A DNA stretch of 61,124 nt, counting the filler, from Catajapyx aquilonaris (Eukaryota), in the NCBI GenBank assembly GCA_000934665.2. It is 2 parts of 2 records of this genome, joined end to end, with 100 filler letters (N's around TTAATTAATTAA, not from the genome) between each part and the next. Parts side by side here need not be neighbours in the genome. Positions count along the whole stretch, not along the records: positions 1 to 30,557 come from KZ539184.1; 1 more part is not named here. The stretch is one strand, 5' to 3'. Below the pieces are notes generated by a model. That model saw nothing but the letters and a program-made list of their open reading frames with translations, did not search any database and was not told where the DNA came from. The number at the start of each line of letters is the position of its first letter. Position 1 is the first letter of the stretch. The position numbers and the translations under genes are program-made. Positions 1 to 11,330 of this stretch are shown in pieces.

Positions 1-1825
1 GGCTAGGTATAGGGGGGGAGTGGGGGGCATGGCTAAAGATGCTCGCACTGGAAAACTTGGGTATAGGCGTATAGCCACCCTATAATGACAGAGCTTCACC
101 TGCTGGCGCTACTGGGCTTGCCATTTATTTATTCATTGACCTCCGATAATGTCTGCTCAGGTGGGAAAATACGGTAGAGCGAAGGATATGGCTGGCTTTC
201 ATTTCCTATTCTACTTATGACATTATCGCTCTTCCCTCCCTCCCTCCCTGCTGCACCTCCCCTGCTTCTTCCTATCGCTATAGCTTAAGTTTCCTCCCGT
301 CCAAGACATCGGTTCAATGACGAGGTAAGTGCACTTACACGCCCTTCCGTCCCCNCTCCTCCTCTCGCCCCTGCCAAATATTGGGTTCCTATCCTCGTGC
401 CAAGAATGGGGGAGAGCAGAGGCCCGATAACGTCCAATGATAATGCGCTGCACTTCAGGTAAAACAATACGGTTTCTATATAACGTGCAGTGAAATTCAA
501 GTATACTCAAGTAGCATCTGTGTATGGCTGCTTATAGTATATGTATACAAAGGAATGCCGTGGTGCTTGCACTAATGAGAAAACCAACCAAAATAATTAA
601 CGTTGCGGAATTATTGACGACAGTTGGCTACTACTGTCCTTGCAAATCGAATTATCAAAAGTATACGATTGTTGAACTGCCACTCTGACTGGCTGTTAAT
701 GTCTCCTTCTGAAGTCATAATTGCGCCTAATTACTCGTTCTTTACCAGCGGTTTCGGGAGTAGGTGACATGAGTTATGCCTCCAGAGTATATATACCTTT
801 CATATTTCAGGCAGTTCCTCGCATTGCAGAGGGAGTCAAAAGATACTTGCGCTTACAACAAAACAACCATGCATTATTCGTTATAGGTTAATATTGTTTG
901 CAGAGGAAACAGCAAAAATAAATGGCTAGAATATGCGTTTGTTTTTTAAAAATAATAACGCAAGAAACACCTCTAATAAGGGCGCACTATATACTATACA
1001 CTGTATATGTATACTGCACAGTTTGAGTTGCGTGAATAAAAACAACAAATTTGTTTCGGTTTGTAGCAGCAGCTGTTGGAAAATTACTTCTCTTTACGAA
1101 CATCCTGTTCAAGTTCTTTGTGGCATTGCTTTATATTTTGTACGCAGTATGTCCTACGTATCTGCTCGTGTTTTGTATAATTCACACCAGCACCATGCAT
1201 CGATATAGCTAGAGCTAAACTAAAAAATTTAGATTCACACTCATTTTGTATACGAGTATAGTCAGCACAATTGAAAATGCGGTTTCGGTCAGTAAGTCCG
1301 TGCATTATCATTACATTCGGTTAATTCATTCTGTAAACATGCGCATGCGACACGCTCAAGGTGAACACGCTGTCGCACTATACACTGCACCTGCATTACA
1401 CCGTAACGTGATTACCGTGGAACTAGGCCCGTGTTTCTGTTCTATTCACCAAGGCCTCAGTATATATACATCCCATACTTAAGCTCGTGACAGCATCAGT
1501 ATACGCCATCCGACTATTATACCAGTTCTGCATAAGTTACACACTGGAAGATCGACGGGGCTGTCTATCTCTCACTTTAGTGCAGGGTGAGGCAAGATCT
1601 GAGTGCCACTTGATATATTATGCAGCACTTATATCAAACTACCATGTAGTGTACTGTGTGGTATTCAGAGCCTTTGTGAATAGCTGCAATGCTCATAACT
1701 TATCTAAATTACATTTCAGAGTGATAGCAACTTGTGAGGGAAAAGGAAGGAGCTATGACTTCTGAACGCTGTACAGTGCGCATTACTACTTGTAAGATAT
1801 TCACATTTAATGCCATAACGTCTTG

Positions 1826-2220
1826 GGGCCGAATTCAGACAGGTTGCTTAACGTAAACGCGCCCGATTAAATCCTTTAGTCATCCTCGACTAGCAAATTT
1901 AATCAACCTCCTATACAAAGACGGCGATTAGCGTTAAACGGCCCCTAATCGCACTTGCTAGCACTCGAGATTTTAACGGCGCCATGTTGGATCAGGCAGT
2001 CTGGCGGGAGAGGAGGGTTGGGTGGTTGGGTGGTAAAAGTCAAGGGGGAAGGAGAGGTCTGGCAGAGGTGGTCAGGTCGGGGGGCATACCTGGAGGGCAC
2101 AAAACGCGTGTAATACAGCGATGCCAATGTATGAGAGGTTGTTTAAAAGCCTTAACCACGCTGTTAGTGAGTTAAACGTCCTCGAACCATGCGTTTAGGG
2201 CATCTCTCTGAATTTGGCTC
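1826..2220. mobile_element. Degenerate MITE, possibly PIF/Harbinger-like
   Basis: Imperfect terminal inverted repeats GGGGCCGAATTCAGACAG / CTCTCTGAATTTGGCTC. Confidence 0.4.
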
Positions 2221-3222
2221 TTGGTTACTTGATAGTGATGCAGGCTCTTACAGCTCAAACCATGCATATTTAATATGCATGGTGTGAGCTGTAAGAGCCT
2301 GCACCTAATAGGTGACTCTCAGATCTGGCCTCATCTTGCAATCGATGATAATTGAGAACTGTGACCCATAGACAACAAGATGACCCTCTGTCTCCTTATA
2401 AACAGAGTGAGACTTGGTGTATATGCCATTATTTGTAGCCTAGATAACACAATGGCCTATTTAGGAAATCAGCGGTCAAGAAACGTTCTCACTCGAGCAT
2501 ATAAAATAACTCATCTATTTTAACCCACAGGTTGTACGTGAGCACGGTAAAATTCCAGGCTGTGCTGCATAATGAGCAGCAGCCTACACTGTAATTATAA
2601 TTATCTACTATCACGAAGAGAATCAAAATTCCGAAAGGGCCAACAGTATGCCTAATCGTTATTACCAGGAAAGACATAAAAACTGCACATTGCATGCCAT
2701 GCCGAAATGTGGTCGGGTTGTCGTAAAGTTATGTTTATTTATGACTTGTTTACTCCAGAAACAGCCTGTTTCATCTGTTCAACCTCCTGTTTAACTACGA
2801 AAGTGGTTTGATATAACCCGTACCGTGTACACCTCAGCAGGTTGCAAGTACGACAAAGTCACTTCAAGTGTTGATGGATCTTGATATCTCAGCCCAACCG
2901 TTTGGGCTCAATAGGCCAACTGCGAGAAAATGCGAGGTATTTCACAGCCAAGGCAATTGCCCAACAAAAAGCACTCCTGTACAATGATGTGGATCTGCTG
3001 CGAGTAGTCTACAGTAATTTGCTTGCATGCTTTTATGCCATAACCCAAAAAGAAATCTCGAAACACATCGCGATATTCGGGTGGCGCTCAATAAGTTCCA
3101 GCTGACTTGTAGGTCAAAGGGGTTTTTGCATGTAGGAACGGCCAAGAGTAGGCCAGAATAGACCTATCCCAACAAGAGCTGAAAAATGCTACAACTCTGG
3201 CCTTGCAAAAAAAAAAAAAAAA

Positions 3223-3413
3223 NNNNNNNNNNNNNNNNNNNNNNNNNNNNNNNNNNNNNNNNNNNNNNNNNNNNNNNNNNNNNNNNNNNNNNNNNNNNNN
3301 NNNNNNNNNNNNNNNNNNNNNNNNNNNNNNNNNNNNNNNNNNNNNNNNNNNNNNNNNNNNNNNNNNNNNNNNNNNNNNNNNNNNNNNNNNNNNNNNNNNN
3401 NNNNNNNNNNNNN
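3223..3413. other. Assembly gap flanked by homopolymers (similar gaps at 8242-8382 and 22168-22269)
   Basis: N runs bordered by poly-A, poly-C or poly-G tracts. Confidence 0.95.
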
Positions 3414-4490
3414 GGGGGGAGGGGGGGGTGGGGGGGTTGGGTGGAATCTGTTGACTTTTATCTCGCCAATCTGGGCCGCAACCAGAATTTCATTGAGAAG
3501 GGAGGAGCGAGGGATTAGTCACTAGCGGGTATTCCCTGCACAAGGCTGTGGTATTTCGGTCGGAATACCGATATTCATTACTCCCTGCATGTAAAATGAG
3601 CGGGTGACTAATCCCTCGGGAATTACGGCGTTATGGAATACCGGTGTTCAGACAAGAATACCCTCTTTGTAGCAGCGGTAAGTCCGGTTGGACTTCCTGA
3701 AGTTAGGATTTACAGGGTATTCCACATTATCGTCGGCACACAAGTGGCACACAATTTTGGCGAATTTGAGTTATTTACATTGCTAAATATCATTTATGCT
3801 TATGCTCTATTGCCTGATCAAGTCCATTTAGTCCTAAATATTAATTATGATCCAACAAGACAAGATTTTTTGTGTCTTCACTACCATGTAAACAAGTGCA
3901 AGATTACATCTTTGCTTTCGATTATCTCGAAACTGATTTTGTGGACTTAGTGTGTTTCACTTGTATGCAGAAGATATCGTCTATGTCATATCCATAAAAT
4001 GAAGTACAACATGACACTCGTCAAGTACTGTACACCCTGTTGATTTTCACACCCTCACCCTGAACTCCTCATTACGCAAAGGTATGCAGAGCCTAATATC
4101 CCACCAAGAAACGAAATGTACTACAAATCCTCGTATGCTAAATGAAGGTGATACCTACACGTGCGGCTGCACCGGTCTTAGCAGAACGGACTTCTTGAAA
4201 ACAGCCGCCAGTGACTTGTGGAAAGTAGCCCTCTGATGCGGGTTTACAAACTTCGATGTATGACACCTTTGCCACAGATGCACCAATCCTATAAGTGATT
4301 CTGACTGTGCTTATTACATGTAGTTAGTCACCTGCCATATTGTGCATTTTTGAAGTACTTGGTACGTGCTTGGACCAAAGTAGCCCCATTTTAGGTACTA
4401 CTTGTACATATAACACAACTCAGAAAAACTTGAAAGAACTTAAAAACACCACACGATCTCTATACTGTATAGTCTCTCTCCTATATTATA

Positions 4491-5193
4491 CAGGGTGTCC
4501 CACAAATTACGCTACCCAGAATTACTTCCATAACATCAACACAAATGAAGATATTGCAACGAAATTTGAACTGAACTAACCTAGTCATGTGTGATTTGAA
4601 ATGGCATCACAACATGTGTTGGAAATGGCCACCATTAGCGGCCAGGCAGGTCTCCACACGGCGCGACATATTTTGGAATCTTCTGGCCAGCATAATTATT
4701 ATCCTGCGGAACTGTCTGAATTTCCTGGACGATGTTGTCCTTCAAGGCCTGGATGGACCGTCGCGTCGTGGATCGTTGCGGTACACTCTTCCTTTCAGAA
4801 AGCCCCATAAGAAGTAATCAGGTGGCGTAAGATCGGGCGACTGCGGTGGCCACAGGCCCTTCGAAATGACTCGGTCGCCGAAGAAGGACTTTATTTCGGC
4901 CATGCTGACATGTGATGTGTGGCATGTCACCCCATCCTGTTGAAAATATCCAGTCGAAAGTTCCACATCGTTTGGATCAGGAAGCAAGGACATCCGCCGC
5001 GCGCCACTGCTCAGGTGTCGTCTGGCCGATTCGTCGCTCCAGCGTCAGTATTACAGCACCCACATTTGCCAGACCCATTCCAATTCCTTTCTCACATGTT
5101 GAGGTTGCTTGAGTTCAAATTCCGTTGCAATATCTTCATTTGTGTTACAGTTATTAATGTAATTCTGGGTAGCGTAATTTGTGGTACACCCTG
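4491..5193 (-). mobile_element. Internally deleted Tc1/mariner (rosa/maT-like) element with catalytic-domain remnant
   Basis: TA target duplication; ~85-bp TIRs beginning CAGGGTGTCCCACAAATTACGCTACCCAG; minus-strand remnant YFQQDGVTCHTS...WPPQSPDLTPPDYFLWGFLKGRVY (4742-4993). Confidence 0.9.
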
Positions 5194-6033
5194 TAGTTTT
5201 ACAAATCTCTGATGCATGATGGTATAAATAAATCTAAATGGCCAGAATTTCTCCCTACAGTCAAGAGCTGCTACAGTATACTGTATACACATCAGAAGTG
5301 AAATATTTCCGCTTCATGGTTTGTGATACATGAATGAGTGAGACTTAGGCACGACTCATTTTCCCTCCTGCCCGGATTTGAACCAATGCCGTATTGTTTT
5401 CGTATTCCCTGCTGCATGCCGACTTCGATAATATTATAGACGTTCAGAATGCTAGGTCTCGGCCTTGTCAGTTCCTGCAAATATAAGCTGTAGCACGTTT
5501 CCCCACCCCTTCCACGTAAACCTCACATAGCCATCAACCCGTGATCCTGAATCGGTCAACGATTTGTTTCTCGGGCCGAGTACAAATTCGATTCAAGAAC
5601 GTGAAATGTGACGCGAACAATCAATAGCGTCGCAGTTACCTCTGGAAAGATAAGGTAATGTGCGTAATAAATGGCCTCCTACAGCCATGAATAATATACA
5701 TGGCGTTAAACTGAGTAGTCCTTCATAGTTGCCAACATTTGAGCACTAAGCTGTTTATTATGATTCAGTTTATCTCTATAAGAGTTATAGCTAGAGCAAC
5801 AAAAAAAGTTTCCATTATTATGAAGAATGGAAGGAAATATCTTAAAACCAATGTTGGAGGTGGGAGTCCAGGTTCTAGCCTGTATACAAATAAAATGGTC
5901 ATTATTAATAAGATGAAGATAATTTAATTTTCAGGCGTGAATGACCGCCTTCAATTTAGCTTAACATTACGGCAGTTAATCTTTTAGTTGCTCTTAGAAA
6001 TGACTTATAGACCTAGGCTATAGCCTGCTATAG

Positions 6034-6253
6034 CTGTGGTTTCCAACCTTTTACCAACTGCGACCCCCTAAACATGTTTCCATAAATGTGCAACCCCCCG
6101 GCCCCTTCTACAACTGATCCATTTCCTGAAAACATACACTCTGTACGGCCACAAAAATGGTTAAATTTACACAGAAATTGCACAAAAAAAGGTTGAACAA
6201 AGGCTCGCGACCCCCCGCGACCCTGCCCGCGACCCCCAGGTTGGAAACCACTG
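6034..6253. mobile_element. hAT-type MITE
   Basis: TIRs CTGTGGTTTCCAACCT / AGGTTGGAAACCACTG; perfect 8-bp TSD TGCTATAG (6026-6033 and 6254-6261); internal GCGACCCC subrepeats. Confidence 0.88.
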
Positions 6254-6323
6254 TGCTATAGGTATGCAGTAACTAGCAATACGCATGTGCTTCGCGCGGG
6301 CCCACACCTGTGGTGATGTACTG

Positions 6324-6326
<3 letters not shown>

Positions 6327-6380
<54 letters not shown>
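6327..6380. repeat. (TTA)n microsatellite
   Basis: Direct reading; similar (ATT)n tracts at ~24930-24980 and ~33190-33213. Confidence 0.95.
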
Positions 6381-6814
6381 GTGTCATTCCTGCGTGTCTT
6401 CCGCCCCTACACTTCCCACTAAGGACCAATCGCTTCGGGTCCATCCCCGGTGTCGTATTCTCCCAATCCACCTAGCTCTCCAGGGGTTTGAGCCAAGCAT
6501 TTGGGTTGGGAGAAAAGAAGGTGGGTGTGTGAGTGACGGGGTGCTGGCTGTTGATTACTCAGGGAGAAGTCTGCTGGAAGTTCCCACATAATGCTGTATC
6601 ATGGATGGCATCGGAAGTAAATCTGATGGCAGTTCCCATGATATGTTACAGATGGCAGAGAAGATTTGGGAGTCTGGTTGTCTACCTCATTACTGGTTGG
6701 TCCCTTGACATATCTACCCCCATACATTTCTGAATTGTATCTAGTCAAATATTACGCTGGCGGCAGGATCTTACAATCGTAAGAAACAACCATGTACCGC
6801 ATGTATACTGTATA

Positions 6815-7523
6815 CAGGGTGGTTGTAAAGTAACTGCCTATTGGAAATGTGTAATAAAATTGTCAAATATTGCTCGATTTTTATGAAACAAGTTTTATTC
6901 TGTACCTTACAATGGGAGAATTTAAACTCCAGCCAGTATGCAACTCCACGGCCCCAGGTGGCAGCAGCAGTCCCGATACCAGTAAAAATGGCGCAGAAAC
7001 TTAGTGCTCGTGAGAGAACTCAGCTGGCGTTCCGTTTTGAAGTCGGGGGTCGGTGGTTAAAGTGCAGAGATGGTGGCGATACATACACAGACCTCGTGCC
7101 ACAGTTCACCCCAGGACCATAAAGCCACTATGGGCGAACCATCGCGGTGCCACGTTTTCCTCTGTCCTCGATGTCGACGGACGACCACTCCTATGGCTGT
7201 CCATCACGGATCCCGTGCTCATCAGCTTCGAATGGCAGTTCTTTATGGTCCTCGGGTGAACTGTGGCACGAGGTCCGTGTATGTATCGCCACCATCTCTG
7301 CACTTTAACCACCGACCCCCGACTTCAAAACGGGACGCCAGCTGCGCCATGTTTACTGGTATCGGGACTGCTGCTGCCACCTGGGGCCGTGCAGTTGCAT
7401 ACTGGTGGGAGTTTAAATTCTCCCATTGTAAGGTACAGAATAAAACTTGTTTCATGAAAATCGAGCAATATTTGACAATTTTATTACACATTTCCAATAG
7501 GCAGTTACTTCACAACCGCCCTG
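6815..7523. mobile_element. Foldback Tc1/mariner derivative made of two inverted 5' ends of a transposase gene
   Basis: TA-flanked CAGGGTGGTTGTAAAGTAACTG... arms of ~300 bp; encodes a broken HTH N-terminus (MAQKLSARER...VKVQRWWR...TIKNCHSKLMSTGSVMDSHRSGRPSTSRTEENV) on both strands. Confidence 0.85.
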
Positions 7524-7531
7524 TACATGGT

Positions 7532-7905
7532 GTATACGAATAAATCTGCCAATATGACACGGGTGGTAGTTGATGCATATGGAAGAAGCATGGCATGGGT
7601 CCGAAAGGCCGGCGACGATCCGTTTTGGAGATGTCGACCTTTGACGTCGACGATGTCCATCCTGGCAAGTGTGGATACCCCCATGCATTCCTGCATTGCT
7701 GGTTGCCTGAGTCAGGCGCTCGCACTACCAGGCAGTTGCTCAGCCGCCTGACTCCGGCAACCAGCAATGCAGGCATGCACGGGGGTCCGTACTTGTCAGG
7801 TTAGACATCGTCGACGTCAATGTCATTGACGGCCTTTCGGACCCATGCCATTCTTCTTCCACATGCATCCCCAACCATCATTCTGGCAGATTTTATTCGT
7901 ATACT
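7532..7905. mobile_element. MITE with long imperfect inverted arms
   Basis: GTATACGAATAAATCTGCCA...ATGGCATGGGTCCGAAAGGCC mirrored by GGCCTTTCGGACCCATGCCAT...TGGCAGATTTTATTCGTATAC. Confidence 0.75.
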
Positions 7906-8399
7906 GTATACTGTAGATTACTTAATATCATCTTAGTGCTAATATTATAATAATTCATACAAGCATTTCAATTATAACAATTTGCTTTTCTTTATCTTTG
8001 TTGAAGACATTTTTAAATAAGTATACACTACGTCACAAGCAGCAGGGCACCTAATAGTCCAACCTACTGTATGAGATGCATGTATAATAGTACAGCATTT
8101 TCTGATGAAAGCATCATTTCCTGTTCCCCTGCAGAGATAGCAAAATGGACTATCGCATCAAAGAAAGACTATACAGTTATACCGTCACACTGACTTTTGT
8201 CGTACAGTCTTATTTGCAATCCCCCCCCCCCCCCCCCTCTTNNNNNNNNNNNNNNNNNNNNNNNNNNNNNNNNNNNNNNNNNNNNNNNNNNNNNNNNNNN
8301 NNNNNNNNNNNNNNNNNNNNNNNNNNNNNNNNNNNNNNNNNNNNNNNNNNNNNNNNNNNNNNNNNNNNNNNNNNNNNNNNNNGGGGGGGGGGGGAATGC

Positions 8400-8598
8400 G
8401 GAGGAGGGGGCGGAATGACGCCGTGCCCAAGTAGCATCTCTCGACATTAATATAAAAGTGTTTTTGAAAACATTGACTAACGTCACCGCAAATATTCCGT
8501 GACGTCAAGCTCAGCCAAAAAAATCCTACCCCCAAGTCACTGTCCGTCACGTTGACATCAACCCCTTACTAACGTGACGTATTTCATGGACGACCCCA
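8400..8598. mobile_element. One end of a Zator-like DNA transposon; the other end was not found, possibly lost in the gap
   Basis: Terminus ...CGTGACGTATTTCATGGACGACCCC (reverse complement GGGGTCGTCCATGAAATACGTCACG) resembles Zator TIRs. Confidence 0.45.
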
Positions 8599-9138
8599 AA
8601 TCGCGTGATGTTGTTCCTAAAATATCTTTACTGTCACAGCTATTTCACGTTCCATAACAACACATTATCTGTGTAAAACTATGCAAAAGTGCATGAATTC
8701 ACAATTTTATTTGTTTCGGCTTTTAGGGCATTTGTGGAACATCTGCTCAAAGAGCACAAGTACAAAAAAAAGGTTGTGTTGCATGTAGCCCGATGATATG
8801 CATGTGTCAGAATGTAAAAAGAGGCAAATAAATTATATCCACAACATTAAATGAAAAATGTTATCTGCTTGGGTAAGTATTTATTTATAAATGTTAATTA
8901 TGTATGTTCCTATCTCTGGAATATGGAATATTCATTAGGCCTTGGCATCCTTCATACACCTTCATTTAATTTTTTTAGAAAAACGTTATCGCTGTATTTT
9001 TTGTGGATGAAGAGACTGATTAGCTAGAATCAAATTTTCATCCATTATCATTATGGGAATAAGGCGGCTAGTAGTAACTTACATCGCTATGGGAGGAAAA
9101 GCCCACTCCATATATATGTTGACCTTTCTAAATATGTA

Positions 9139-9378
9139 CAGGGTGTTTCAAATTCGTGGGTCGTTTTTGATAACTGATATATCACCCAATAGCAGTTATT
9201 TTTGTAGTTTGTTGTGCCCCTATCCAGAGGCCCTGCTACATTTGACCCAGTGGGAGTCGAATATAGCAGTTGATATAGAATGGGGGGCACCTGGTTAGGG
9301 GCACAACAAGCTACAAAAATAACTAATATTGGGTAATATCAGTTATCAAAAACCGACCAACGAATTTGGAACACCCTG
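9139..9378. mobile_element. Tc1/mariner-type MITE; partial copies at ~15566-15690, ~19445-19542 and ~26340-26512
   Basis: TA TSD; TIR CAGGGTGTTTCAAATTCGTGGGTCG / CGACCAACGAATTTGGAACACCCTG; shared GCACAACAAGCTACAAAAATAAC motif between copies. Confidence 0.85.
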
Positions 9379-11148
9379 TATACAAAAACATCCGTGTTTT
9401 CCTCATGAGCTCGATGAATATAGTGGGGAAGAAAAACACACTAACGCAGCAAAGCCTCTGAAAAGGGATATAGGGATATAGCATACCGTCTATGTGAAAG
9501 TTGGTAAATACCAGTTAAAAAACCCTGCTTTGGGGCTCTCATCAATAACTAACGGTACAATCTATATCCATCTCTGTACAGCAATATGCTCTATAGGAGG
9601 TTGAAGGAACCAATAACAACTGGGTCAAGAGAAAATAATTTAACAATTCCTGTGGGATCCATTGATCCAGCACCACAGGTATAGGCCTACTGTATAATCA
9701 GGATTCTGGCTCTTGACCCTGCCGACCTGGGGGTTATGAGCTAATTTAGTTGTGTTTTCCAACCAGGTTATTAAGAGTACATGACTGGAGGTGCTACCTA
9801 CGGCTGGCTCACCAGCTCTTCTATACTGGATATGGAGTGTAGGCCTATTTAATTGAATTGTCTGTTCCAGTTCCTAAGCTACTTATTATTATTAAGCAGT
9901 TACTTCCCAAGTTATGTTTTTAGGCTGTATCAAACTACATTTCTTGATATTAGATTGAGACGAGGTATGATCATTCATGCCCTGAATTTCAATATATTTC
10001 TTAGTTGAAGATCTTGTGAATAACCCGTTTGACCCTCACTGGACTGGCACCGACGCGACGTCAATAGTTGAATCCATATCTTGGCATGATATACGTATCT
10101 AAACCTTCTCTCTGTCTTTAACAAAACGCGTCTATTTCACGTAATACTAGTAGCGAATATTTTGATAACTCCTAACATAACGGTTCGAAAGTAACTATAT
10201 ACAGTAGTAGATAAAAGCAAACAAAATACAGTTCCTCTCACACAATTTCACTTATTTCCACGGTCTGCTTCTTTCCTATCATGTCATCTGGCTGAGTGGG
10301 GCCATAACTTACACTCTTGCCACTGTTATCTCTGCATCGCAACAAAAAAAAACTTATACCTGTGCTGACCCCAACCAACTTAAAGTAATAGGTCTCTTAC
10401 ATCTATAAAACGTACACCTATACTTCCTACAATGCAGTACCTCTGCTTGTAGCGAACCCTTACTGATAATCTTACAGCTACGTAGCCTAACTCGAGAGCC
10501 TTTAATTATACAAAGAGCAGTTATGGGTCGTACGTAATGAATGTCACCGTCATTTTCGGCTCTATAGACCTTTCTAGTACCATGTCATGCAGTCACACTG
10601 GGCCATCCCATTCCCATCCAAAAGGTACTGCGTCATGATGCTTTAGAATCCCTCTTCCCTCCACACACACAAAAAGTCTTCAGGGAATTTAGAGGGGGAA
10701 AGGGGACGGAGTGGAGGTGTCGTGCCCTCTGGCAGCACCTCCAGATAGGTTTAAAATGTTCAATAAACTCGCAGCAAATATTTGAGTAGTATCTGTCAAA
10801 ATCTGGATATATCTTGGCGTTGCGCTGTACTTTACTTTGGTCGTGGCATGTTGGTTACATCGCGCCAGGATACGTCCGACAAATCTTTTTTTTGACAGTT
10901 AGTACATTTTTATTGCGGCTTTTGAGTACGACGCGACGTCACCATGATCTGAACCCACCCTTCCACTCCGTCACTGTCCGTCACGCTGGCATAACACCCT
11001 ACTATCCCCGACCAGCGCAACATACCCTGAGTGTGTGTCACATATGAAAACTTTCTCACCCCTTTCCACGTACAAGTTGTGAAACCCTGCCCTACATAGA
11101 ACCAATTCAGTCAATATAGATCCGGTTTGCTAAAAGCCGGTACCGACG

Positions 11149-11330
11149 TAAGAGTTTTCTCTCATAAGAGGAGCCAACTGCGCATGCCCGGATACGAGGA
11201 AAGAGGAAAAGTTGAAAATTTTCAACTTTAATCCCCTTTTAGAGGGACAAGAGGGGCCCTGAGGCGTCAAAGAGTCCGTCTCGACGTACAAGATTTCTCG
11301 CGTAAGAGGACTCTTATGAGAGAAACTCTA
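11149..11330. mobile_element. Short MITE
   Basis: AGAGTTTTCTCTCATAAGAG ... CTCTTATGAGAGAAACTCT inverted termini. Confidence 0.6.

Noticed and set aside
3186..3518. ORFs containing long X runs (also ~8145-8550, 21948-22461, 30298-30609)
   Set aside because: Open only because they cross N gaps
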